64,000 nucleotides of DNA from an uncultured Candidatus Saccharibacteria bacterium (lineage in GTDB: Bacteria; Patescibacteriota; CALEFQ01; G965231055), in the NCBI GenBank assembly GCA_965231055.1, contig OZ246411.1, positions 473,875 to 537,874 on the forward strand, given 5' to 3'. Each line of letters opens with the position of its first letter. The stretch's first letter is position 1. The position numbers were made by a program, and so were the translations under genes. Positions 38,460 to 46,832 of the stretch are shown here, piece after piece. The notes under the pieces were generated by a model, which did no database searches, was not told the DNA's origin, and saw only the letters and a list, made by a program, of their open reading frames with translations.

Positions 38460-38984
38460 TTGAAGAAAAATATGGCTCTGAGTAGAAAAATTGTGAAATT
38501 GGTTGAATACAATCCTGAGTGGCCAGGTTTTTTTAAGACGGAAGCTCGAAAACTTGGAAAGATTTTGAAATTGGATCGCTCAAGAATCGAACACGTCGGT
38601 AGCACTGCAATACCAGGTATGTCGGCGAAATCGGTTATAGATATTGCAGTTGGCGTCAGCTCAGTAGGTGAATTTGGCAAATATCAAGAGATGCTCAAAA
38701 AAGCCGGATATGTACTTCGTCCAAATGCGGGCTCGACTGGCAGGCAGTTCTATGCCAAGGGAGCAGAGAATTCTAGGACCCATTATGTACATCTAGTCGA
38801 ATACAAGAACGGTGAATGGGAAAACCTAATAAAATTTAGAGATTATCTAATCAAGAATCCTGACAAGGCGCAGGAATATGCAACGCTCAAGCAGGAGCTT
38901 GCCGATAAGTATCCCAATGACAGAGATTCATATAAGAGAGGTAAGGAGGAATTTATTGCAAAAATATTGGTTATGTCTAAATAA
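38460..38984 (+). CDS. GrpB-family protein (UPF0157, nucleotidyltransferase fold)
   Basis: LVEYNPEWPGFF...IEHVGSTAIPGMSAKSVIDIAV...HYVHLVEY, the GrpB signature. Confidence 0.75.
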   Translation: MKKNMALSRKIVKLVEYNPEWPGFFKTEARKLGKILKLDRSRIEHVGSTAIPGMSAKSVIDIAVGVSSVGEFGKYQEMLKKAGYVLRPNAGSTGRQFYAKGAENSRTHYVHLVEYKNGEWENLIKFRDYLIKNPDKAQEYATLKQELADKYPNDRDSYKRGKEEFIAKILVMSK

Positions 38985-39117
38985 CTATCCACAGAAACAC
39001 TTCTCTCCAGAAACAACCAAGATTGTGTAGTTCCTTGAATATGCCATTATTATTTTTATAATTAGTGATATATGAAATACTCAAGAAGAAAATTAAATAA
39101 AAAAGAGTGTATAAAAA

Positions 39118-40464
39118 ATGCTAATCGCATCGGTTAACTTAAATAAAAGACTGGGGAATTTAAAATCCAGGAATAAAGCTCACAATTGGATGTTGAGCGG
39201 CGATTTTGGAATTGTGGTAGCCCAAGAACCTTGGCGAAAATCATCAGATTTTAATGGGATGTTTGATGAGTTTAAACCCATCGGTGGGAATGAAAAAGTA
39301 TTTGCTTGGATTGACTCTAACTATGAAATACCAAGCCAAAAGCTTATAAAAGAATATTTGCAGCGGATAGAGCTTGATTATGTGATTATTTATAATGTTT
39401 ATTTGGATGCTTATAAGCAATCAAAAAGAGCTGAGCAGATAAGCGAGATAAAGAAATGTGCCATGCATGAAGGAAATAGACCGATACTTATCGTTGGTGA
39501 TTTTAATCTTGCGCCAAATCCAAAGGACGGCTTGTTTAATGGGAAATCAAGCGCCTTTAATTCTGAAATCGATAGGAAACCCTTTAGGGATTTGCTAACT
39601 AAATGCAAATTAAATGACTCCACAGCTGATTTTTCAAAAGAAAAATTCACGATAGAAAAATGCATTCACGGCAAGACATCTAAATTCAGGTGTGATTTGG
39701 CTTTGGTTTCTGACTATCTGTTGGATGATATTTCTGTTTCCTATGATCACTCTATTAGGATAGGTGGTGGCGCTTTTACTGATCATTCGGCGATAAGGCT
39801 AAATGCTCCCGTGAGTCTTCCAGGGTCACTCAATAAAACTGGATTGCTTTTTTCGACGAAGAATGAGCAGGGGAATAAATTTGAAAATGATTACGGCGCT
39901 CCATGCTGCTCTTATAAAACAGCTATGTCACGAAAATCGGAATCTCCGATAGCACGTTTTGTGCACGAGGAGCTGAGTAGTAGCTTGAAAATAGCGTCAA
40001 TTTTGGACTATGGATGTGGAAGAGGCGTAGATGTAGGATATTATTTAAAAAATGGCTATCAATGCGATGGTTATGATCCGCATGAGCTTTTTGGCTTCAG
40101 CATCTTGCCAAATAAGCAATATGATTTGATTACTATAATATTTGTGTTGAACGTACTTCCCGATCCATTTCAAAGACTTCAAGTCTTGGAAAAAGCAGCA
40201 AAGTATATGAAAGATGACGGCATGATGTTGGTGGTTTGTCGTTCTCCTAAAGAAATAGCCAGCGAAGTCTCTAAAAAATGCTGGATAAAACATAATGATG
40301 GATTTTGGTCGCACCAAGGTAGGAAAACTTTTCAAAAAGGAATCTCTCGTGAAGAAATTATTAGGCTTGCGAAAAGAGTAAACCTAGTTCCTTATGACCT
40401 AAGCGAAAGCATTAAATATCCGAATAATGCCTCTTTCCTTATATTGAAAAACAAAATCCATTAA
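39118..40464 (+). CDS. Fusion protein: N-terminal endonuclease/exonuclease/phosphatase (EEP) domain plus C-terminal class-I SAM-dependent methyltransferase domain
   Basis: EEP motifs (VVAQEPW; ILIVGDFNLAPN; FTDHSAIRLN) are followed by MTase motif I (ILDYGCGRGVDVGYY) and a post-I acidic motif (DLITIIFVLNVL). Confidence 0.7.
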   Translation: MLIASVNLNKRLGNLKSRNKAHNWMLSGDFGIVVAQEPWRKSSDFNGMFDEFKPIGGNEKVFAWIDSNYEIPSQKLIKEYLQRIELDYVIIYNVYLDAYKQSKRAEQISEIKKCAMHEGNRPILIVGDFNLAPNPKDGLFNGKSSAFNSEIDRKPFRDLLTKCKLNDSTADFSKEKFTIEKCIHGKTSKFRCDLALVSDYLLDDISVSYDHSIRIGGGAFTDHSAIRLNAPVSLPGSLNKTGLLFSTKNEQGNKFENDYGAPCCSYKTAMSRKSESPIARFVHEELSSSLKIASILDYGCGRGVDVGYYLKNGYQCDGYDPHELFGFSILPNKQYDLITIIFVLNVLPDPFQRLQVLEKAAKYMKDDGMMLVVCRSPKEIASEVSKKCWIKHNDGFWSHQGRKTFQKGISREEIIRLAKRVNLVPYDLSESIKYPNNASFLILKNKIH

Positions 40465-40712
40465 ACTTCTGATCTTGACTTTGATCAGGTCACAGATTGT
40501 ACAGATCAACTAGGGTGCTATTATATACACAGAACTTAAGTGGTTACTGCGGACTAATTTTCTAAAGGCCATGTTGGAACATGGAAATCACCATCCAATT
40601 CGCAAAAAAAGGTTCCGATTGTGTCCGCCGCCTTTGGCGGGGCAGGCTACTGTGGCCTGCCACAAAAGCATTCAGTATTCAGTTGTTAGTGTTAAGCGAT
40701 AAGCATATAAAT

Positions 40713-40735
40713 ACCCGCGAAAGCGGGTTTTTGTT
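40713..40735 (+). terminator. Rho-independent terminator
   Basis: CCCGC-GAAA-GCGGG followed by TTTTTG. Two further GC-rich hairpins precede it (40625-40662). Confidence 0.65.
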
Positions 40736-40781
40736 TACATTGGCAAATAATTTCTGTTTTTGGTATTATTAGCTTTGTCTT

Positions 40782-41867
40782 ATGAAAAACAAAGAAAAAA
40801 ATATATCTGTATTCTGGATAGTAAAAAAGCTAATCACACTCAATAAAAAGGGTGTTTTTAGATATTTATTTAGAGCATGGAGAGTTATTTTCAATATTCC
40901 CGTCGCGTATTTCCGCAGAAAAGCCAATGCAAGGAATGGGCTAGAAGTTTCAAAGGGGGTAGGTATTAGCCCCACCTCAAGATGCAATTATAGTTGCAAG
41001 GGATGCTACGCGAGATTTAATATTGACGAAAAAGAATTGGATACTAGTGTTTTTGATAGATTTCTTTTTGAAGCTGAAAAAGAAGGAGTTATATTTGTTG
41101 TGGTGAGCGGGGGAGAACCTTTCGCTAAACCCGACATGATTGATTTGTTTGAGAGACATAGAAAGATGTTTTTTCTCGTGATAACGAATGGTAGTTATCT
41201 AAATAAAAAACTCATTATGCGGATTCGGAAATCTGCAAATGTAGTTGTTGTCGTGAGCGTGGAAGGAGATAAAAATCAGACTGATTTTAGAAGGGGATCG
41301 GGTGCATATGAAACTTCCTTAAACGCGATGAGGTTACTTCGTTTGTCAGATGTTCCTTTTGGTTTTTCTGTGACCCTGACTAGGCGCAATATTTCTATGT
41401 TTCAAGAATATTCGTTTATAGGTAAAATGATTGATGAAGGGGCTTTACTTGGTTTTTTCAATACGCTAGTTCCTTTTTCAAAAGAAGACATAGAATTTGT
41501 TCCCGACAAAGAAGATCTAATAAAGTTTACTGAGAACATAAATAATATTAGAAAAAAGCGTTCTATTGCTATCATGCATCTACCTGACGATGAATATATT
41601 GGGTACGAAAAATGTTTATTTGTAAATGGAGGCGCTTTTCATGTAAATTCCCAGGGATATGTGGAACCGTGTCCTTTTGCTCATTTTGCTGTTGAAAATA
41701 TATCAAAAAGCTCATTCAAGGATGTCCTTAGGTCTCCTTTTTTGAAAGCGATACGAGAAGATGATAAGCTATTGAAGAAGGGGGAGCTTGGATGCTCTTT
41801 AGTTAGCCATTATGAAGAATTAAATAAATTAGCTATAAAATATGGAGCCAAAATCACAAAAAACTAA
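40782..41867 (+). CDS. Radical SAM enzyme with a C-terminal SPASM/twitch-type auxiliary Cys motif
   Basis: CX3CX2C (SPTSRCNYSCKGCYA), GGEP motif (VVSGGEPF), and a C-terminal CLFVNGGAFHVNSQGYVEPCPF...GCSL pattern typical of SPASM/twitch domains. Confidence 0.78.
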   Translation: MKNKEKNISVFWIVKKLITLNKKGVFRYLFRAWRVIFNIPVAYFRRKANARNGLEVSKGVGISPTSRCNYSCKGCYARFNIDEKELDTSVFDRFLFEAEKEGVIFVVVSGGEPFAKPDMIDLFERHRKMFFLVITNGSYLNKKLIMRIRKSANVVVVVSVEGDKNQTDFRRGSGAYETSLNAMRLLRLSDVPFGFSVTLTRRNISMFQEYSFIGKMIDEGALLGFFNTLVPFSKEDIEFVPDKEDLIKFTENINNIRKKRSIAIMHLPDDEYIGYEKCLFVNGGAFHVNSQGYVEPCPFAHFAVENISKSSFKDVLRSPFLKAIREDDKLLKKGELGCSLVSHYEELNKLAIKYGAKITKN

Positions 41868-42786
41868 TACCGTTGAACTTTTGCATAGACACGATGACGC
41901 CACATCAAATTTTATAATAGAGTATTTGAAAAATGATGATGGGTTTATTGAACTAGCAAAAAAAGAAACAGCTCGCATATTGAAACGAGACCAGGATGAT
42001 CTCGAAAAGCTTGAAAAAGGAATACAGTATTCAATAAAAAGAGGAATCTTAAGGAGTGATATCTCGATTCCCTCTGCCAAAAAAGTTTTTGTGGAAAATA
42101 AAAATTCAGATGAAGTGGCTGATGAAATACTTTCTCAGGTTGCGGGGAATGCTGATGTTGGGGGAGTTTTGGTGGCTATAGATGGGCTATCTGGAACTGG
42201 CAAGGGTACTACCGTAAAAAAACTTCTCAAGAAAATGCCAAATAGTCTACCATGGTCAAACGGGGATGTTTTTAGGAGTCTCACTTATTTTGTTGTGAAC
42301 TATCTTAATTCACACAAAATTAATTTTAGCGAAAAAGAATTAGCTCCTGATTTAATGAAAGAGGCAGTTGGAAAAATTGCCTTTGAAGAAAATAAAAACG
42401 GATTTGATTTGTTTGTGATTGGAGATAATAAAAAAGAAAGAGTCGCTGACATAAGGGATACAAGACTCAAAGAGCCAAGAGTAGCAGAAAGAATTCCTAT
42501 GATTTCATGTCTCACTCAGGGTGAAGTAATAAATTTTACTAACGACGCCGTTTCAAAACTTAAAAATCATGGAAAAAATATAATTATTGAAGGTAGGAGA
42601 GTGACACTACGATATCTTGATACCCAAAATAGATTTGAGCTTTCTATTTCTGACAAAAATGTATTGGGTCAAAGAAGGGCTGCTCAGAGAATTTCAGCAA
42701 TGGCAATGGATCTACTTAATTTGGGGAGCGTCTCCCAATCAGCATTAATAAATGAAGCGCTCAATAAAATAATTAAAGAAGACTAA
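41842..42786 (+). CDS. Cytidylate-kinase-like P-loop NMP kinase with an N-terminal extension of about 110 aa
   Basis: Walker A LVAIDGLSGTGKGTT, a Cmk-like IIEGRRVTL (compare DGRDIGT), and a C-terminal LGQRRAAQR. It overlaps the radical-SAM gene by 26 nt in another frame. Confidence 0.6.
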   Translation: MEPKSQKTNTVELLHRHDDATSNFIIEYLKNDDGFIELAKKETARILKRDQDDLEKLEKGIQYSIKRGILRSDISIPSAKKVFVENKNSDEVADEILSQVAGNADVGGVLVAIDGLSGTGKGTTVKKLLKKMPNSLPWSNGDVFRSLTYFVVNYLNSHKINFSEKELAPDLMKEAVGKIAFEENKNGFDLFVIGDNKKERVADIRDTRLKEPRVAERIPMISCLTQGEVINFTNDAVSKLKNHGKNIIIEGRRVTLRYLDTQNRFELSISDKNVLGQRRAAQRISAMAMDLLNLGSVSQSALINEALNKIIKED

Positions 42787-43794
42787 ATGAAGAAAATACA
42801 TTTTATTATTATTGGATTGCTTGCTCTCGGGATTGTTTTGGTTTGGATTTTGATGCCTGAAAAGAAAGAGAAAATAACTGAAACCAAGAATGCGGAAGTA
42901 GTTGAGGAAGAAGTGGAAGATGTAGAAAAACCAAAGGAGCCCATAAGCTTAATTGCCGTGGGGGATGTGATGCTTTCTAGGCACGTTTGGACCAAAATAA
43001 AACAATCTGGTGATATGGCACTTCCTTTTAGGGAAACTCATGAAATCACCTCCATGGCTGATGTTAGTTTTGCGAACCTAGAAACTTCAGTTTCCACAAT
43101 GCAAGAGCCTCCTAGTGAAGGTATGAGCTTCATGGCAGATCCTAGGTCGCTTGAAGGGCTAAAACTTGGCGGGTTTGATGTGATTTCATTGGCAAACAAT
43201 CATTCACATAATTTTGGAGACCAGGCGCTACTTGATACTATAGAAATCGTAAATGAAAATGGCTTCAAAACGATAGGAGCAGGTAAGGATTACGATGATG
43301 CGAACAAGCCTCTTATTTATGAGGTGAAAAACCAGAAAATAGCATTTTTTGCATATGAAGATGTGGTTCCTGATTCTTATGCTTCCGGAGTGGGTGATCC
43401 AGGAGTTGCGTGGATGGATACGGAAGTTATGAAGAAAAATGTTTCAGCTTTGAAAAAAGCAAATTTGGTTGATTACATTATTGTGTCTATGCATTCGGGT
43501 GTTGAATATGTGAAAACTCCCAATGATATTCAGGTTAAGTTTGCTCGTTCGGCAATAGATGCTGGTGCCAATCTAGTTATGGGGCATCATCCTCATGTAA
43601 CTCAAACCAAGGAAACTTATAAAAATGGATATATAATATATAGTCTTGGAAATTTTGTTTTTGATCAAATGTGGTCAGAGGAAACTAGGATGGGAGAAAT
43701 ATTTAAATGCACATTGGATAACGGAGAGATAAAAGACATTGAATTTATGAAAACCAAAATATACGACTACAATCAACCAAGAGTGGAAAACTAA
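42787..43794 (+). CDS. CapA/PGA_cap-family metallophosphoesterase, membrane-anchored
   Basis: N-terminal TM segment, then LIAVGDVMLSRHV...FANLETS...SLANNHSHNFG...GHHPH metallophosphatase motifs. Its start abuts the upstream stop (TAAATG). Confidence 0.75.
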   Translation: MKKIHFIIIGLLALGIVLVWILMPEKKEKITETKNAEVVEEEVEDVEKPKEPISLIAVGDVMLSRHVWTKIKQSGDMALPFRETHEITSMADVSFANLETSVSTMQEPPSEGMSFMADPRSLEGLKLGGFDVISLANNHSHNFGDQALLDTIEIVNENGFKTIGAGKDYDDANKPLIYEVKNQKIAFFAYEDVVPDSYASGVGDPGVAWMDTEVMKKNVSALKKANLVDYIIVSMHSGVEYVKTPNDIQVKFARSAIDAGANLVMGHHPHVTQTKETYKNGYIIYSLGNFVFDQMWSEETRMGEIFKCTLDNGEIKDIEFMKTKIYDYNQPRVEN

Positions 43795-43862
43795 TTTTCT
43801 TGCATTCTTTTTTGGACTTCTGTATAATTCAACTTCCGCTTAAAAATAATAAAATAAAATTT

Positions 43863-44180
43863 ATGGCAACAAAAATAACAGATGCTGAGTTTGAGGAAAA
43901 AGTAATTAAATCAAATAAGCCAGTTTTAGTGGATTTTTTCGCAGAATGGTGTGGTCCATGCAAGATGATGGGTCCTGTGATAGATGAACTTGCCAAAGAA
44001 TACGAAGGCAAAGTTGATATATACAAGATAGATACAGATCAAAATCCCGAGACAGCTCAGAAATTCGGTATTATGAGCATTCCAACATTGATAATCTTTC
44101 AAAACGGAGAAGTAAAAGAACAACTTATGGGAGCTCAAGCCAAAGAAATGCTCAAATCCAAACTAGACGAACTTAACTAA
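43863..44180 (+). CDS. trxA: Thioredoxin
   Basis: WCGPC active site and the thioredoxin fold. The tracked ORF is trimmed to the ATG at 43863. Confidence 0.9.
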   Translation: MATKITDAEFEEKVIKSNKPVLVDFFAEWCGPCKMMGPVIDELAKEYEGKVDIYKIDTDQNPETAQKFGIMSIPTLIIFQNGEVKEQLMGAQAKEMLKSKLDELN

Positions 44181-44190
44181 TACTCAAACT

Positions 44191-44220
44191 AAAACCCCTG
44201 CAATTCGCAGGGGTTTTTTG
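44191..44220. terminator. Bidirectional rho-independent terminator at the 3' boundary of the island
   Basis: AAAACCCCTGC-AATTC-GCAGGGGTTTTTT. Confidence 0.8.
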
Positions 44221-44234
44221 TTATCGTTATTTTT

Positions 44235-44777
44235 CTATTTTTTGTCTACAGTAAGAGTTACTGTTGTTAGGTTCTCGTCTGAGCTGTCTTGTCCTATTGA
44301 GATCAATAGATTTCTTTCGCTCTTTGTGTAGCTTACTAGTGTTGAATCTACACCATCTGATGAAGAAGAGAAATTGCTTTCTTCAGTCCATCCTTCTTGC
44401 GATAGAGAATCGGCGTACCAGGTTTTTACCTTGTCTGCTGAGTCAGAAGTAGCAAGAGTTATCCAGCCTCCAAATTGTCCTTCGCTAGAGCTTGAAAATG
44501 ATCCCGAGATTGTAGCTCCTGTATATGTAGGTACATCGCTTGGCCAATCTGATGGAAGTTTTGCTGAGCTTGTGATTTCTGTGTCTCCGCTTTTTATGGT
44601 CATTTCTCCTGTTTCTGAATCTATATCTACATCAGTTCCTTCTCCTCCTGCAGTTTCTAGCATTTTTTCAGTAGCTTTTTCAGCTAGTTTTTCTCCTGGG
44701 CTTTTGCATCCAGTTGCAATTAGTGCAAATGCTAAACATAGCATTATTACACCTCCGCTAATAATAATTTTCTTCAT
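44235..44777 (-). CDS. Putative lipoprotein (Ser/Thr/Asp-rich)
   Basis: Signal peptide with a lipobox (LIATGCKS). Low-complexity mature region. Confidence 0.6.
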   Translation of the reverse strand: MKKIIISGGVIMLCLAFALIATGCKSPGEKLAEKATEKMLETAGGEGTDVDIDSETGEMTIKSGDTEITSSAKLPSDWPSDVPTYTGATISGSFSSSSEGQFGGWITLATSDSADKVKTWYADSLSQEGWTEESNFSSSSDGVDSTLVSYTKSERNLLISIGQDSSDENLTTVTLTVDKK

Positions 44778-44790
44778 TTGTTTGTTTAAA

Positions 44791-45297
44791 TTATTTTTTT
44801 TCTTCGTTTGAATTTTGTTTAGTAGGCTTTTTGTTCTTTCTAAATTCTAGGTATCCACCAGCTATTATAGCTATTTGGCCTATTAGTGCCAGGAATATTC
44901 CAAAACTTAGAGCACTACTATATATTCCTAGCGTTGCCAATATTGAAATAGCACCTATTACTCCAATGCAAAGGTATATAATGTTGTCGTTTTTTATTGA
45001 TTCATGCTTTTTTGAAACATAGGGCATGAACAATACAAACAACGCTATCAATGACATAATGAAAGAAGCTGTGCCTCCGCTATGAAATCCGTTCCATGTG
45101 CCGTGCGCTAGGGGATATCCGAGTACGCTGTATTTAAATTGCCACCATGGCAAGAATGTTGCTATGAATGCAACTAATGCTCCCGCTAGTACTATCTTAC
45201 GATTGCGGTTCAGATGTTTTGCGCCAGATATAACTTCGTCGACCTTTTTACCTAAATCGAAGTTTCCTTTTTGTGGCGCCTCATGTGGTGTTGTCAT
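44791..45297 (-). CDS. Hypothetical membrane protein
   Basis: 168-aa ORF with about 4 TM helices, co-directional with the lipoprotein gene. Confidence 0.5.
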   Translation of the reverse strand: MTTPHEAPQKGNFDLGKKVDEVISGAKHLNRNRKIVLAGALVAFIATFLPWWQFKYSVLGYPLAHGTWNGFHSGGTASFIMSLIALFVLFMPYVSKKHESIKNDNIIYLCIGVIGAISILATLGIYSSALSFGIFLALIGQIAIIAGGYLEFRKNKKPTKQNSNEEKK

Positions 45298-45428
45298 TTT
45301 GTTTTATTTAATCGGATTTAACATCATTATTATATCATATTTCATGATTTTTGTAGACAACCACTGGCTCTGAGTTAATTATTGCTTCGAGATTTTTTAT
45401 TTAAAATCTGGGTTTTGTGGTGGGCACT

Positions 45429-45487
45429 TGACACTTATGAAACTAAACGTATAATTGTATTAGCACTCAATGCAATAGAGTGCTAAG
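45429..45487 (+). promoter_or_regulatory. Consensus sigma70-type promoter (TTGACA-16-TATAAT), followed by a perfect CIRCE operator (TTAGCACTC-N9-GAGTGCTAA at 45461-45487)
   Basis: Read directly from the sequence. CIRCE is the HrcA operator and sits in front of hrcA-grpE-dnaK. Confidence 0.9.
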
Positions 45488-45499
45488 TAATCAAAATAC

Positions 45500-46243
45500 A
45501 TGTTAACCAAAAGGCAAAGCGCAATACTAGGCGCCATAGTAAAAGAATATGTTGATAGTGCGGTTCCTGTGGGCTCAAAGGTTTTAGTTGAAAAATATAA
45601 TTTTGACTTGTCTTCGGCTACTATGAGAAATGAAATGTCGGAACTGGAAGATTTGGGATACTTACTTACTCCACACACTTCCGCAGGAAGAGTACCAACA
45701 GATAAAGGATATAGATATTTTGTTGATTCGCTAATGAATTATACGAATCTCGCAAGGTTAGAACAGCAAAAAATGGAAAAGCAACTCGCAAAAATGCGTC
45801 AAGATTTAGATTCGCTTTGGGAGTCCACAGCTGACCTACTTGCCCAAATGACCGATAGCGTTGCCATAACTTCGGGAGAACCCAGCAAGGCTTTTACTAC
45901 AGGTATCTCAAAAATATTGAAACAGCCAGAATTTTCTTCGGTAGAGAGAGCATGCGAAATGGCAGAAATGTTTGAAGAGCTTTCGCGTCATATAGAAGAG
46001 TTAGAACCAGCAAATAGTGGAAATGAGGTTCAAGTTTATATCGGAAACGAGCATTCACTCACCAAGAAACTAGATTGTGCGATAGTGTTTTCTGATTTCA
46101 AGCTCAAGTCAGGAAAAAAAGGAAGAATCGCTATACTTGGTCCAGCTCGAATGAAATATGGAAAAAATATTTCAATAGTTTCATTCCTTTCCAAGCTTTT
46201 GGGTGGTGGTATGGGTGTGATATTTTTAACAATACTATTCTAA
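45500..46243 (+). CDS. hrcA: Heat-inducible transcription repressor HrcA
   Basis: N-terminal wHTH (RQSAILGAIVKEYVDSAVPVGSKVL) and HrcA family architecture, with CIRCE upstream. Confidence 0.88.
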   Translation: MLTKRQSAILGAIVKEYVDSAVPVGSKVLVEKYNFDLSSATMRNEMSELEDLGYLLTPHTSAGRVPTDKGYRYFVDSLMNYTNLARLEQQKMEKQLAKMRQDLDSLWESTADLLAQMTDSVAITSGEPSKAFTTGISKILKQPEFSSVERACEMAEMFEELSRHIEELEPANSGNEVQVYIGNEHSLTKKLDCAIVFSDFKLKSGKKGRIAILGPARMKYGKNISIVSFLSKLLGGGMGVIFLTILF

Positions 46244-46253
46244 TAGATAGATT

Positions 46254-46760
46254 ATGGAAAAAAAATTAAAAAAAGAAAAAGATAGAGATGTATCTGAAAA
46301 GATTGATTATGAAAAGATTGCGCAGGATAATCTCAGAGGATGGCAAAGAGCAAAGGCTGATTATGAAAATCTTTTGAAAAGAAGCAGGGAAGATCTTTCA
46401 AAGACAATCAAATTTGGAAATAGGGATTTGATTTTGCAGATTTTGCCCGTGATAGATAATTTCGAACACGCACTAAAACATGCCCCCAAAGAGCTTCAGG
46501 AAAATGATTGGGCAAAGGGAGTGCTATATATCCAAAAACAATTATTGGATGTGTTGAAGGCCAATGGGGTAGAGCAAGTTGATTCTCTTAATAAAGATTT
46601 TGATCCCAAAATTCATGACGCCATAGAAACTACCAATGATGATGACGAAGTAGGTTTGGACAAAGCTGAATATGTTGTTACCGAAGAAATTTCCAAGGGA
46701 TACAAAATGAATGGCGAGGTTATAAGACCCGCCAAAGTCAAAGTTGGTATTAAAAAGTAG
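46254..46760 (+). CDS. grpE: Nucleotide exchange factor GrpE
   Basis: Coiled-coil N-terminus and a GrpE C-terminal beta domain. Lies between hrcA and dnaK. Confidence 0.88.
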   Translation: MEKKLKKEKDRDVSEKIDYEKIAQDNLRGWQRAKADYENLLKRSREDLSKTIKFGNRDLILQILPVIDNFEHALKHAPKELQENDWAKGVLYIQKQLLDVLKANGVEQVDSLNKDFDPKIHDAIETTNDDDEVGLDKAEYVVTEEISKGYKMNGEVIRPAKVKVGIKK

Positions 46761-46832
46761 TAAGCAATAAACGCTAAGCATTAAGTTCTCGTGACTTATA
46801 GCTTATCGTTTATAACTTAAAATTTTAAAGCT

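Noticed and set aside
36380-44180. Interpretation of the radical-SAM gene as a bona fide prokaryotic viperin
   Set aside because: The C-terminal SPASM/twitch Cys pattern and the long N-terminal extension are not viperin-like. Only the genomic logic of a radical-SAM gene next to an NMP kinase gene is shared, so it is reported as a hypothesis and not as an annotation.
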